From positions 1-53,175 of IMG/VR virus record IMGVR_UViG_3300032087_001346: 53,175 nucleotides of DNA. One strand, written 5' to 3'. Below are positions 8,166-18,123 of the stretch, piece after piece; positions within the stretch are counted from its first letter, which is position 1, and every line of letters begins with the position of its first letter. The position numbers and the translations under genes are program-made. Origin of the DNA: a virus. Taxonomy: Duplodnaviria; Caudoviricetes. Below the pieces are notes generated by a model. That model was not told the DNA's origin. It saw only the letters and a program-made list of their open reading frames with translations, and did not search any database.

Positions 8166-9179
8166 ATGAGTATTGATAACGAGGAATGGTCAACCATTGA
8201 AATAAAAGACCAAGAAGAAAAAGAAGCTGTTGAATTTGAAGTAGAAGATGAGGAAGAGCAAGAACCTTTAGAAGTTGTTCAAGAAGAAGAAAAAGAAGAG
8301 GTTCAAGCAAAACCAGAGCAAGTAGAAGCTACTAATGAAAATACACAGCCAGAAGCAAAAGAATTAGAAGGTATTGAAACAAAAGGCGCAGAGAAGCGTA
8401 TTCGTCAGTTAATTCGTCAGCGTAAAGAACGTGATGAAAAACTACAACAGATGGAAGAGCGTCTTAGTAGTCTTCAAAGTGAACTAAATCAAAAAGAAGA
8501 ACAACTTTCTAATTCACTTAAAAGTTCTATTGATAGCAGTGAAAATCAACTAAACTTAAATCTTGAGTCTGCTAAAACTATGTATCGTCAGGCTGTGGAG
8601 AATGGCGATATTGATGCTCAAATTGCAGCACAAGAAACTATAAGTAAAGCTCATGCCGAACTAAATCAAATTAATAGTCAACGTGAGGCATGGGAAAATT
8701 ATAATACACAGTTAGAACAGCAACAGCCTGTACAACAGGAGCAGACAAACAAAACTCCTAAGTATGATCCTAAAGCTGTTGAGTGGGCAACACGTAATGA
8801 CTGGTTTGGTAAAGACCAAATTATGACAACCGCTGCTTTAGCTGTTGACCAAGAATTAAAAGAAGAAGGATACGATCCTTCTGATGATGACTTTTACGAG
8901 GAAATCGACAAGCGTTTACATAGTCGTTATCCTCAAAAGTTTCAGGGCGAAAATACCCAAGAACCTGAAACACCTCGTTTGCAGGATACATCGTCAAATT
9001 CTGCTCAAGTTGTTGCTGGTGCGTCACGCACACCAAAAACCTCTAAGGGTAATAAAATTAAACTAACACAAGAAGATGTTCGTTTAGCTCAAAAGTGGGG
9101 TATATCACTTGAAAAGTATGCTGCTGAAAAGTTGAAAGTCGAAAAGGCTGACGGCGAATATACTAGCATTTTTAATTAA
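8166..9179 (+). CDS. Capsid scaffolding protein
   Basis: Acidic N-terminus, coiled coil, W..RN.WFG, C-terminal LT......A...GI..E.YA. Confidence 0.8.
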   Translation: MSIDNEEWSTIEIKDQEEKEAVEFEVEDEEEQEPLEVVQEEEKEEVQAKPEQVEATNENTQPEAKELEGIETKGAEKRIRQLIRQRKERDEKLQQMEERLSSLQSELNQKEEQLSNSLKSSIDSSENQLNLNLESAKTMYRQAVENGDIDAQIAAQETISKAHAELNQINSQREAWENYNTQLEQQQPVQQEQTNKTPKYDPKAVEWATRNDWFGKDQIMTTAALAVDQELKEEGYDPSDDDFYEEIDKRLHSRYPQKFQGENTQEPETPRLQDTSSNSAQVVAGASRTPKTSKGNKIKLTQEDVRLAQKWGISLEKYAAEKLKVEKADGEYTSIFN

Positions 9180-9181
9180 GC

Positions 9182-9682
9182 GTGGAAGGAAAATTTACAA
9201 TGACACGAGAAACTAACTCACGTACTGCAACTACTAGGGAAACTCAAACACGCCGGACGTTTGAAGAACCTAATTGGTTACAAATTCCAGAAACTGTTAC
9301 TAAGCGTTTTCAGAATGAAGGCTTGGCCTTACGATGGATACGCATGACACTCAAAGGCAATGACGATATTCAAAATATCGGCAAGCGTCTAGCAGAAGGT
9401 TGGGAGTTTGTACAATCTGAAGAAGTTCCAGAGATGTTGCACTCCTCTGTCGTGAGAGAGGAAGGACGTTATTCAGGAGCAGTCTGTCGTGGAGACTTGG
9501 CCTTGGCAAAAATGCCTTACGACCTAGCTGAATCTCGTCAGGAATTTTATGAGCAAAAGAGTAGAGATGCGGTAGACGCTGTAAACGCTCAGTTAATGCG
9601 TAGTTCAGATTCACGTATGCCAATTTCAAACTCTAGCCGCTCGCGAATAACTACAGGAAGGCAAGCTTCTTTTCAAGAATAG
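9182..9682 (+). CDS. Conserved head-module protein
   Basis: RWIR...EGWEFV pattern; located between scaffold and capsid genes. Confidence 0.75.
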   Translation: MEGKFTMTRETNSRTATTRETQTRRTFEEPNWLQIPETVTKRFQNEGLALRWIRMTLKGNDDIQNIGKRLAEGWEFVQSEEVPEMLHSSVVREEGRYSGAVCRGDLALAKMPYDLAESRQEFYEQKSRDAVDAVNAQLMRSSDSRMPISNSSRSRITTGRQASFQE

Positions 9683-9730
9683 CTTTCCTGTTTGTCATAG
9701 TAATTTTAAAACAAGGAAAGGAATAGTGTT

Positions 9731-10318
9731 ATGTCTACTACAAAAGCACTAAACGGCCTTACTCCTTCTCGCAAACGTGGTAGTGGTGCTAACAGCACTG
9801 GTGCTAATTCATATCGCATTGAAAGTGGTTTTGGAACAAACCTTTTTAGCGGCGATATCGTTTGTAATGCAGATGGGTATGTTGTCGGTCTAAGCGTTTC
9901 AACGCAAAAAGCGATTGGTGTTTTCACTGGTTGTCAATACGTTGCTAATGGCGAACAGAAGTTTTCTAACTATTGGCCCGCCAATACTTCAGCCACAGAT
10001 ATTGTAGCTTACGTTGTGGATGATCCACAGGCTACATTTATTGTTCAGGCTGATGCTTCTCTATCCGTTGGTGATATTAACTCACAGAACTTTAGCTGTA
10101 CTTTAGGCGCTGGTTCTACTTATACCGGGCGTTCAGGCTTTGGTATTGAAGCTGGCTCACGTACCACTGGTACTGGCGGTATGCTTCGTCCAATCGCTGT
10201 CCTAGACGAACCGGGCAATGATATTGACGTTGATACAGAACGTGCCTTCCCCAAGGTTGAAGTTCGTATTGTTCGTCATGTCGATGCGTACATTTCTGCT
10301 GACGCATCTGCCAACTAA
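9731..10318 (+). CDS. Putative capsid decoration / minor capsid protein
   Basis: Beta-rich, Gly/Ser/Thr-rich; immediately before MCP. Confidence 0.65.
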   Translation: MSTTKALNGLTPSRKRGSGANSTGANSYRIESGFGTNLFSGDIVCNADGYVVGLSVSTQKAIGVFTGCQYVANGEQKFSNYWPANTSATDIVAYVVDDPQATFIVQADASLSVGDINSQNFSCTLGAGSTYTGRSGFGIEAGSRTTGTGGMLRPIAVLDEPGNDIDVDTERAFPKVEVRIVRHVDAYISADASAN

Positions 10319-10336
10319 GGAAGGGAGTAATTAGAT

Positions 10337-11281
10337 ATGGCTATTAATCGCTCTAGTATTGCGAAGGAACTACTCCCCGGTCTAAATGCAGTATTTGGCA
10401 TTGAATACAATGACGTGGACAACGAACATGCTCCACTCTTTGATGTCGAACAGTCAGATCGTGCATTTGAGGAAGAAGTTCTATTCACCGGCTTTGGTAC
10501 TGCACCTGTTAAGGGTGAAGGTGCTGCAGTTCAGTATGATGACGCACAGGAAGGTTACACTGCTCGTTACACTCACGAGACAATCAGCCTTGCCTTTGCT
10601 GTTACTGAAGAAGCTATGGAAGATAACCTTTATGACACTTTTGCCAAGCTACGTGCGCGTGGTCTAGCACGTTCAATGGCAAACACCAAACAGGTTAAAG
10701 CTGCAGATGTTTTCAACAACGGCTTTAACGCTGCTTATACTGGCGGTGATGGTGTGGCACTATTTAGTGGCTCACATCCAGTTGTTGGTGGTGGTACTCA
10801 GTCAAACACTCTAGGTGCTACTGACCTTTCAGAAGCTGCTCTAGAAACTGCTCTGATTACCATTTCAAAGGCAAAGGATGATCGTGGTATTCTTATCGGT
10901 CTTCAGGCTGAATCACTACATGTACCACCTGATCTTGCATTCACTGCAGATCAGATTCTTAACAGTGCAATGTCAACCACGATTGGCGTAAACCCAACCA
11001 CCCCAGCAAACGGTGCAACTAACGTCAATGACATTAACAGCATTCGTAATCAGGGTCTAGTTCCGGGCGGTTTTTTCGTAAATCGTCGGTTCACTGATAC
11101 AAATGCATGGTTCATTCGTACTGATGCTCCAAACGGCACAAAGTGTTTTGTTCGTGCGCCACTTCAAACCAAGATGGAACCTGACTTTGATACAGGCAAT
11201 CTTCGGTTTAAGGCACGTGAGCGTTACAGCTTTGGTTGGTCCGACTGGCGTGGTTTTTATGGCGCTTCAGGTTCTTCCTAA
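10337..11281 (+). CDS. Major capsid protein (HK97 fold, Mu gpT-like group)
   Basis: MAINR...KELLPGLNAVFG, EEAMEDNLY, KARERYSFGWSDWR; followed by a terminator. Confidence 0.92.
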   Translation: MAINRSSIAKELLPGLNAVFGIEYNDVDNEHAPLFDVEQSDRAFEEEVLFTGFGTAPVKGEGAAVQYDDAQEGYTARYTHETISLAFAVTEEAMEDNLYDTFAKLRARGLARSMANTKQVKAADVFNNGFNAAYTGGDGVALFSGSHPVVGGGTQSNTLGATDLSEAALETALITISKAKDDRGILIGLQAESLHVPPDLAFTADQILNSAMSTTIGVNPTTPANGATNVNDINSIRNQGLVPGGFFVNRRFTDTNAWFIRTDAPNGTKCFVRAPLQTKMEPDFDTGNLRFKARERYSFGWSDWRGFYGASGSS

Positions 11282-11306
11282 GTTCCATTTAAATTAAGCT
11301 AATTAT

Positions 11307-11356
11307 AGGGTGGAGAGAAAGAGGAACTACAATCTTTTTCTCCACCCTTTGCTTTT
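11307..11356 (+). terminator. Rho-independent terminator after MCP
   Basis: AGGGTGGAGAGAAAGA...TCTTTTTCTCCACCCT followed by TTGCTTTT. Confidence 0.85.
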
Positions 11357-11415
11357 GTAATTAAATATATTGTTATATAATATAGCTAGTTAATTTCTTT
11401 ATAAAGGACTAACAA

Positions 11416-11721
11416 ATGGCAACTAATATTCGTCAAGGATTTGTTACGGGTAGTGGCGCAGTGTTAGATACTGTTTCAAGTGTCACGCTTGCAGATACTC
11501 GTATCCGTTCTGTCTTTGCAACAGGGGTTGGTACATTTCTTATTACTGGTACGTCTACCGATGCTTATGGAACAGTAAAAGGAAATAATATTAAGTTTGT
11601 AAATACTACTGCTTCTGATGCTAATGAAATCTTTTTTAATGACCTTGGTATTCAGATGGCAGGACCAGTTAAAGTTTCTGCACCAACATCTGCAGCAACA
11701 GTAGCAGTTTTCTATGGCTAA
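11416..11721 (+). CDS. Small virion protein
   Basis: Beta-rich 101 aa after MCP; RBS present. Confidence 0.7.
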   Translation: MATNIRQGFVTGSGAVLDTVSSVTLADTRIRSVFATGVGTFLITGTSTDAYGTVKGNNIKFVNTTASDANEIFFNDLGIQMAGPVKVSAPTSAATVAVFYG

Positions 11722-12370
11722 TTATTCTTACCTAGTCAACGATATTATTCAAGCATGTGAAAACGATGGGACTGAGTTTTACAACTACATTCCCAACATG
11801 GTCAATCGTGCAGAGGATCGCCTGACAAAAGACCTAGACGATTATGGTTTAGTGTCTTATACGTCAGTTGCAGTGTCTTCTGGAAATAATATTCTTACAC
11901 TTCCATCAGGAACTAGAGTAGTTAAGAACATTAACATTGTCAGTAACTCGACCAAGATTAATTTACTGCAGCGTACAGACGAATATATCAATGACTATTG
12001 GCCTGTAAGTTCCTCTACTGGTGAACCTAAGTATTATGCACCACGAAATAATTCTACTGTTCTAGTAGCTCCTACGCCAGCATCTACTTATAATGGTCAG
12101 GTAGTACACGTATCACGACCAGTTACATTAACATCTGCAGCACCTACAAATTATTTTACTGATTTTTGTTATGATCTTCTTTTCTATGCTTCAATGGTAG
12201 AGGCAATGATCTTTCAAAAAGATTACAGTACTGCTCAGTTGTTCGATACTAAGTATCAACAGCTTCTTGAGCTACAACGTAATCAAGCTCGTCGCACACG
12301 TAGGGATGATATGGAAACACCAGCAAGTCCCGGTGGAGCAGACAATCCTCTTGTCGCAAATTCAAACTAA
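11714..12370 (+). CDS. Head-tail adaptor / tail tubular protein A-like
   Basis: GEPKYYA..VAPTP..LLFYASMVEA pattern. Confidence 0.7.
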   Translation: MANYSYLVNDIIQACENDGTEFYNYIPNMVNRAEDRLTKDLDDYGLVSYTSVAVSSGNNILTLPSGTRVVKNINIVSNSTKINLLQRTDEYINDYWPVSSSTGEPKYYAPRNNSTVLVAPTPASTYNGQVVHVSRPVTLTSAAPTNYFTDFCYDLLFYASMVEAMIFQKDYSTAQLFDTKYQQLLELQRNQARRTRRDDMETPASPGGADNPLVANSN

Positions 12371-12384
12371 TCAAGGAGTTTATT

Positions 12385-12726
12385 ATGCCCGGTCCTATTT
12401 TTGATCCGCTTAATCCAAATGAAAGTCCTGCTATGGCTTATCAGCGTCAGCTAGATAAGGATAGTGGGTTTAGTATTAAAAAAAAGAAAGGCAATAAAGA
12501 ACCTTTAACAGAGGAAGAAAAATCTATCATTAAAGATGAAGAAGATGAATCAGATATGATGTATGGTAATCAAGTATTTGATCCAGATACAGGAAAATAT
12601 TCTCAAATGAAAAAAGGTGGGCGTGTTGGTAATGACTACAACCAAGCAGCTAAAAATCGTCCAACCAGTAAAGACTACAAAAAGAAAGCTGCTAAATATC
12701 CCTGTTCACACAACCGCCTATACTAA
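12385..12726 (+). CDS. Basic/acidic internal-protein candidate
   Basis: MKKGGRV motif; ends in RLY; AGGAG RBS. Confidence 0.75.
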   Translation: MPGPIFDPLNPNESPAMAYQRQLDKDSGFSIKKKKGNKEPLTEEEKSIIKDEEDESDMMYGNQVFDPDTGKYSQMKKGGRVGNDYNQAAKNRPTSKDYKKKAAKYPCSHNRLY

Positions 12727-12744
12727 AGTTAAAGGAGATTTATT

Positions 12745-13356
12745 ATGGCCTATAGACCAGAAGATTTAAAGAAAATTCAAGAAAGAGCAAAAAGAGCAGC
12801 AGAGAAAGCGAAGAAGAAGAAAAAACCAAAACCAAAAGCACGTCCTGAGACAAAGAGAAAACGAATTGTGCGCGAAATGCAACAGGATTTAGGAAAAGCT
12901 GTAGAAGTAAAAGGCCCTTTTAAAATAACTCCTTTGAAAAAACAAGCTGATAAACCTAAGACAGGACCTAAGACAGGACCTAAGACAGAACCTAAGCTAG
13001 ATGGTAGTGAGTATGCGCCATATCCCGGTGCTGCTGGAAGGGCAGGGTTTGAGTATGGAAGAGATATAGGAGAAGTTCTAGACGATAAAACTGTTTCTGA
13101 GGAAATTAAAGAAAGGCTAGAAGAAGAAGAAACTTATGAGGGTGATTACAAAGGTGGTCGAGTAGGTAAAGGTAAGAAGATGAAAATGAAAAAGGGAGGT
13201 TCACCCAAAGGCTGTGGTAAAGCTCGGCGTGGCTATGGTAAAGCTATGATGGGCGGTGGTATGGTTAAAACCAAACGTGGCTATGGCAAAGCTATGATGG
13301 GCGGTGGTATGGTTAAAACCAAACGTGGCAATGGCGGTGGTGGTAGGCTTTACTAA
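12745..13356 (+). CDS. Lys/Gly-rich internal-protein candidate with tandem repeats
   Basis: KGG motifs, PKT(G/E) x3, [16 protein letters not shown] x2; ends in RLY. Confidence 0.8.
   Translation: MAYRPEDLKKIQERAKRAAEKAKKKKKPKPKARPETKRKRIVREMQQDLGKAVEVKGPFKITPLKKQADKPKTGPKTGPKTEPKLDGSEYAPYPGAAGRAGFEYGRDIGEVLDDKTVSEEIKERLEEEETYEGDYKGGRVGKGKKMKMKKGGSPKGCGKARRGYGKAMMGGGMVKTKRGYGKAMMGGGMVKTKRGNGGGGRLY
12953..12996 (+). repeat. 12-bp coding tandem repeat
   Basis: CCTAAGACAG(G/A)A x3. Confidence 0.9.
13228..13329 (+). repeat. 48-bp coding tandem duplication
   Basis: Two copies, one synonymous difference. Confidence 0.92.
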
Positions 13357-13502
13357 TGCCACTAAAAAAAGGTTCAAGCCGAAAAACTATTAGCTCTAAT
13401 ATTCGTAAGCTAAAGAAAGAAAAGTATCCTCAAAAGCAAGCGATAGCAATAGCATTAAGTAGTGCAGGAAAAAGTAAGACAAGGAAGAAAAAACGTGGCT
13501 AA
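13356..13502 (+). CDS. 48-aa basic protein (not in ORF track)
   Basis: [30 protein letters not shown]; TAATG overlap with previous stop. Confidence 0.8.
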   Translation: MPLKKGSSRKTISSNIRKLKKEKYPQKQAIAIALSSAGKSKTRKKKRG

Positions 13503-13905
13503 TACCTACACTAAGCCAGCCTTACGAGAAAGACTAAAGAATAAAATTATGTCTGGAACTAAGGGTGGTAAGGCTGGTCAGTGGTCTGCACGAAAAGCGC
13601 AGCTACTGGCAAGTGAATATAAAAAGGCTGGTGGTGGTTATAAGTCTGGTCCTACTAAAAAGCAAAAAAGTTTAAAGTCTTGGACAAAGCAAAAGTGGCG
13701 TACTAAGTCAGGTAAACCATCTACTCAAGGACCAAAAGCTACTGGTGAGCGTTATCTTCCTGAAAAAGCAATTAAGTCTTTGTCTTCTTCCGAGTATGCT
13801 AGAACTACTGCAGCTAAACGTAAAGGAACTAAGCAAGGCAAACAGTTTGTAAAACAACCTAAGACCATAGCTAAGAAAGTTAGAAAGTACAGGAAGACAA
13901 AATAA
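13495..13905 (+). CDS. Basic phage protein (DUF5872-like)
   Basis: [30 protein letters not shown]; likely GTG start at 13495. Confidence 0.75.
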   Translation: MANTYTKPALRERLKNKIMSGTKGGKAGQWSARKAQLLASEYKKAGGGYKSGPTKKQKSLKSWTKQKWRTKSGKPSTQGPKATGERYLPEKAIKSLSSSEYARTTAAKRKGTKQGKQFVKQPKTIAKKVRKYRKTK

Positions 13906-14243
13906 TGGCATTATCTGAGTCAGACAAAAATAAACTAAAGCGCTATGGTTTATCAGGTTTAAATAAACCAAAGAAAACTCCTAGCCATCCTACCAAAAAA
14001 GGTATTGTTGCTGTAAAAGATGGAGAAAAAGTAAAGATTATTCGTTTTGGCGATCAGAAGATGGGTCATAATTATTCTCCTGAAGCACGTAAATCTTTTA
14101 AGGCACGACACGCTAAAAACATTGCACGAGGTAAAACAAGCCCTGCATACTGGGCAGATAAGTTTTTTTGGGCAGGACCAAGTGGTTCTAAAAAATCTCC
14201 ACCTAAAGGACAGAAATTGGTACGCGGAAGGAAGAAACGATAA
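13905..14243 (+). CDS. Basic conserved phage protein
   Basis: KIIRFG..ARKSFKARH..SPAYWA; translationally coupled. Confidence 0.8.
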   Translation: MALSESDKNKLKRYGLSGLNKPKKTPSHPTKKGIVAVKDGEKVKIIRFGDQKMGHNYSPEARKSFKARHAKNIARGKTSPAYWADKFFWAGPSGSKKSPPKGQKLVRGRKKR

Positions 14244-14449
14244 TGGCAAAAGGTATGACACATTTTTCTAAGGACGGAACACCTTACTACGGTGAGGTTC
14301 ATAAAATGCCTGATGGTTCTATTCACAGCGGAAAAACACACACTAAAAGTTCTAAGCGTGTAATGCACTTTAAGGATTTATCTAATACAGCTAAAAATAA
14401 AGCTGGAGATAAAATGGCAAGAGCTATGTATAAGGTAAAGAAAAAGTAA
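14243..14449 (+). CDS. Small His-rich basic protein
   Basis: HKMPDG..HSGKTH; translationally coupled. Confidence 0.75.
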   Translation: MAKGMTHFSKDGTPYYGEVHKMPDGSIHSGKTHTKSSKRVMHFKDLSNTAKNKAGDKMARAMYKVKKK

Positions 14450-14553
14450 TGGCTATTGGTAGATCAAAAGTAAGTCAACAGATTACTAAACCACCAATGA
14501 AAAAGCGTATTAAACGCAAACCCAAACGGAGAATTAAAAATGGAAAATATTAA
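14449..14553 (+). CDS. 34-aa basic peptide (not in ORF track)
   Basis: MAIGRSKVSQQITKPPMKKRIKRKPKRRIKNGKY; TAATG coupling. Confidence 0.6.
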   Translation: MAIGRSKVSQQITKPPMKKRIKRKPKRRIKNGKY

Positions 14554-14731
14554 AGAATATACTTATAACTGGATTAAAAATCCACGTACAGATAAAGACA
14601 TTGATGCAATGACAGGTCGTCCTACTGGTCAGGGTTATGGTGCTGCTCGTAAAGGTCCACAGATTAAGGCACAGGAGCAGGATGTTATTGTAGACTATGA
14701 CTATGGTGTTACTGTAGAATACAAAGACTAG
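14540..14731 (+). CDS. Small protein with GxGxARKG motif
   Basis: GRPTGQGYGAARKG; GGAG RBS. Confidence 0.65.
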   Translation: MENIKEYTYNWIKNPRTDKDIDAMTGRPTGQGYGAARKGPQIKAQEQDVIVDYDYGVTVEYKD

Positions 14732-14741
14732 GATAAGCTAA

Positions 14742-15416
14742 ATGGCCACTAGCGGAACATATGACTTCTCAATGGACATTGATGAAGTTATTCAAGAAGC
14801 AATGGAAATGATTGGCGGTGAGCAGACACTAGGACATGAACCTAAGTCTGCTCGTAGGTCAATTAATCTTCTTCTTCAGGATTGGCAAAATCGTGGTATT
14901 CTTCTTTGGACTGCTGGTACAACGGCTATTTCAGTTTCTACCAGTGTAACATCTTATGCGCTAACGTCAAGCACCATTGATATTACTGAAGCAGTTCTTA
15001 ATAGAGACAATGTAGACCTTCAGCTTGAACGTATTACTATGGAAGAGTATTTAAAAATTCCTCGTAAAAGTCAAACAGGAAGACCTACTCAGTATGCTAT
15101 TCGTAGAGATAGAAACAATCCTACTTTGTTCCTTTGGCCTATTCCAGAAAATACAACAGATATTGTTAAACTAGAACAGGTAAAGTATACTGAAGATGTA
15201 AATAAATCTGCAGGACAGAACGCAGATATTTCTCGTAGGTTTTATCCATGTCTCACTACAGGCTTGGCTTATTACATGTCAATGAAACGTCCCGGCATAG
15301 ATACAGGTCGTATTACATTATTAAAGGCTGAGTATGAAGAAAGATTAATGCACGCTATGGACGAAGACAGAGAAAGGGCAAGTGCTTATTTTTTACCTAG
15401 ATTAAATAGAGTATAA
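14742..15416 (+). CDS. Second head-tail adaptor / connector-like protein
   Basis: MATSGT.DF..ARRSINLL..WQNRG..GRPTQY..LWPIP..GLAYY. Confidence 0.75.
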   Translation: MATSGTYDFSMDIDEVIQEAMEMIGGEQTLGHEPKSARRSINLLLQDWQNRGILLWTAGTTAISVSTSVTSYALTSSTIDITEAVLNRDNVDLQLERITMEEYLKIPRKSQTGRPTQYAIRRDRNNPTLFLWPIPENTTDIVKLEQVKYTEDVNKSAGQNADISRRFYPCLTTGLAYYMSMKRPGIDTGRITLLKAEYEERLMHAMDEDRERASAYFLPRLNRV

Positions 15417-15418
15417 TA

Positions 15419-15697
15419 ATGGCAAGCAACAAAAACGCTAAAGCTATATGCGATGTGTGTGGTTTTCGATATCCACACAGAGTAATGCGTATGAACAGCT
15501 ATGGTATGCTTGTTTGTCCTACTGATTATGAGGGTGGTTATGATTTGAAAAACCATCCACAGAATAAAACACCAAATGTAAGAGATGATGAAAATATTCG
15601 TAATCCCCGCCCACCGTCAAACTCAGATCGTGGTATAGAGTGGCAAAATGCTCGCACGAATTGGGAAGACACAGATAGTTATTGGAACACAATATAA
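15419..15697 (+). CDS. Small conserved Zn-binding virion-module protein
   Basis: AICDVCGFRY..LVCP..HPQ..NPRP. Confidence 0.75.
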   Translation: MASNKNAKAICDVCGFRYPHRVMRMNSYGMLVCPTDYEGGYDLKNHPQNKTPNVRDDENIRNPRPPSNSDRGIEWQNARTNWEDTDSYWNTI

Positions 15698-17082
15698 TGG
15701 CAACACTTACTGGTAAACTTATATCTAACACTTATAAAGATTTGCTTCAAGTAAGCAATGGTAATAGTGGCATTGACACTACACTACGTCCAATCTCTGA
15801 CGGTGAAGGAACAGACTCTGCACTGCAGATAAGTAACTCAGAAGTTTTAACTACAGGTAAACTAACAGTTCAAGGTGATGTAAGTTCTTCTGGAAAGATA
15901 ACCGCAGACTCAGCGGTAATTGCTAGTCAGGTATGTGCGTCTACCTATTATGGTGATGGTTCTAATTTAACAGGTATTACAGCATCTGCTCCAACATCTG
16001 TTTCTGCTTACACAGTCAATCAGCTTACAGTAGTTAGTGGTGCTTCTTTCTTAGGTAAGGTTAGCGGCACTGCCGCAGAATTTAGTGGTGCAGTTTCAGC
16101 ATCTACTTATTATGGTGATGGCTCTAATTTAACTAATCTTCCTACAGCACCTTCATCTGTTTCTGCATTTACAATTAATCAACTTACTTTAGTTAGCGGA
16201 GGTTCTTTCTTAGGAAAAGTTAGCGGCACAGACTTAGAAATGAGTGGTGCAGTTTCTGCAGCTAATATTTATGCTACAACAGGAATATTTGTAGGTGGAG
16301 ATGCAGTAGCAACATCAGCAGATATTCAGGCTGTCTCTGCTCTTGCGTCAGCTAATGCCGCAGCTATTACATCTATTAACACGGTTGTAGCTAATGTATC
16401 CGCTTTAACCAGTGTAAATGCTGCAGCTATTACCAGTATTAATTCAGCTATAACCTCAATTAATACGGTTGTAGCAAATGTTAGTGCTTTAACAAGTGTT
16501 AATGCTGCAGCTATTACCAGTATTAATTCAGCCATAACCTCAATTAATACGGTTGTAGCAAATGTATCTGCTCTTACCAGCGTTAATGCTGCAGCTATTA
16601 CATCCATCAATACTATCCTAGAAGGAGACATATCTGCGGATAGTGGTACATTTAATACGCTTGTAGTTAAAACATCCGCGTCTGTTAGTGGCGATTTAAA
16701 GGTTGGTGGATTAATTGGTGTTGGTCAAGCTACACCATTAAAACAAATTCATATTACTAAGTCTGCATTGGCAGAGATAAACGCTTTAACTGATGGTGCA
16801 AATATTGCTGTAGACTTTGATGCAGGACAAAATTTTGCTGTTACTCTCGCAGGAAATAGAACACTAGATAATCCAACCAATGCTGATGCTGGTCAGGTAG
16901 GAAGTATCTTTATTGTTCAGGACGGAACAGGAAGTAGAACATTGTCTTATGGAACAAGCTGGGAATTTCCCGCTGGTACAGCACCTACACTATCTACCTC
17001 TATCAATGCTGTTGACAGACTAGACTATATAGTTTACAGTTCCACAAAAATTCATTCTGTCTTGACTAAGGAATACTCGTAA
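15697..17082 (+). CDS. Tail fibre with Ser/Ala-rich repeats and coiled-coil shaft
   Basis: TYKDLLQ N-terminus, YYGDGSNLT x2, heptad repeats, C-terminal VTLAGNRTL..QDGTGSRTL domain; likely start 15697. Confidence 0.8.
   Translation: MATLTGKLISNTYKDLLQVSNGNSGIDTTLRPISDGEGTDSALQISNSEVLTTGKLTVQGDVSSSGKITADSAVIASQVCASTYYGDGSNLTGITASAPTSVSAYTVNQLTVVSGASFLGKVSGTAAEFSGAVSASTYYGDGSNLTNLPTAPSSVSAFTINQLTLVSGGSFLGKVSGTDLEMSGAVSAANIYATTGIFVGGDAVATSADIQAVSALASANAAAITSINTVVANVSALTSVNAAAITSINSAITSINTVVANVSALTSVNAAAITSINSAITSINTVVANVSALTSVNAAAITSINTILEGDISADSGTFNTLVVKTSASVSGDLKVGGLIGVGQATPLKQIHITKSALAEINALTDGANIAVDFDAGQNFAVTLAGNRTLDNPTNADAGQVGSIFIVQDGTGSRTLSYGTSWEFPAGTAPTLSTSINAVDRLDYIVYSSTKIHSVLTKEYS
16350..16620 (+). 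repeat. 84-nt coding repeats (AAAITSINSAITSINTVVANVSALTSVN)
   Basis: Two full and two partial copies of heptad-based repeats. Confidence 0.9.
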
Positions 17083-17607
17083 ATGGTATTTAATACTAAC
17101 ATATTGTTAGGTTCGGGTGGTCAAGGAGAAGAAGCACTTACCGTTACTAAAGCAAGAGTATATGCAAACGAAACGGCTAGTAATTCATTTGTTGAAATTT
17201 GGACACATGATGGTGTTTCTAGCCCTGATACTTTATTAGAAAGAAGTGTAACAATCGCCACACAGGCTGGAAAAAACGAGTATACATTTAATACTGATCC
17301 TGTAGTAACAGGAGAAAGTAAAATTTGGTTAGTTATTCGATCAATAGGAGACACTGACTTTCAGAGAAACGGTAGTCCAACTGGTGAATTAATTGGCGGT
17401 GGGTTGAATGCTACTAATGGAGATGCTACTCAGATAATTTTAGGCAATTTTAGTGGCGTTATTAATCCTGATTGCAATTTAGACCTTTCAGATGGAAGAA
17501 CTTCAATAGGAACTGGTACAAACGGTGGTATAGGTGTTGGAGTTGGTGGTAGTGGAACTGCTCCTGATTATTATCCTGTAATGGGTGGTTTGGTAAGTAT
17601 AGCTTAA
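17083..17607 (+). CDS. Tail-associated protein
   Basis: Gly-rich, beta-rich; abuts the fibre gene. Confidence 0.6.
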   Translation: MVFNTNILLGSGGQGEEALTVTKARVYANETASNSFVEIWTHDGVSSPDTLLERSVTIATQAGKNEYTFNTDPVVTGESKIWLVIRSIGDTDFQRNGSPTGELIGGGLNATNGDATQIILGNFSGVINPDCNLDLSDGRTSIGTGTNGGIGVGVGGSGTAPDYYPVMGGLVSIA

Positions 17608-17625
17608 TAAGGGAATATTTATATA

Positions 17626-18123
17626 ATGTGGGCATTAGTAAAAAATAATACAATAGTAAAAGTTATAGATAAACCAGAACCTATTACTATTGATGATGTT
17701 CAGCATTCCAGTCAAGTATTTACTTTATGGAGTGATGAGGAAAGAGAAGCTATAGGTCTTTATAAAATACAAGAGAATGGTTCAAATAAGTCTAATACTT
17801 TTTATAGCAATTCTTATTTCGATACGTTTGAAAATGGAATTGTTACTAGAACATATATTAATACGCCTCGTTCTGTAGAAGATGTTAAGTCAGCAATGCT
17901 ATCTAGCATTAATAATACTTTGTTTTTCCTGTTACAACAAACTGATTGGATAGTAATTCGTGAGCAAGAAATATCAGAAGCTAAACCCAGTAACTTAGTT
18001 ACATGGCGTACAAATTTAAGAAATAAACATGCAGAGTTAGAAACGGCGATTAATAATGCTAGCAGCGTTTCAGAACTAGAAACAATTGATATAAAAAATG
18101 GATGGCCTGAAGATCCGAGATAA
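17626..18123 (+). CDS. Tail fibre assembly chaperone-like
   Basis: LWS..ER..IG, LQQTDW.VIR..E, WR..LR, WP motifs. Confidence 0.65.
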   Translation: MWALVKNNTIVKVIDKPEPITIDDVQHSSQVFTLWSDEEREAIGLYKIQENGSNKSNTFYSNSYFDTFENGIVTRTYINTPRSVEDVKSAMLSSINNTLFFLLQQTDWIVIREQEISEAKPSNLVTWRTNLRNKHAELETAINNASSVSELETIDIKNGWPEDPR

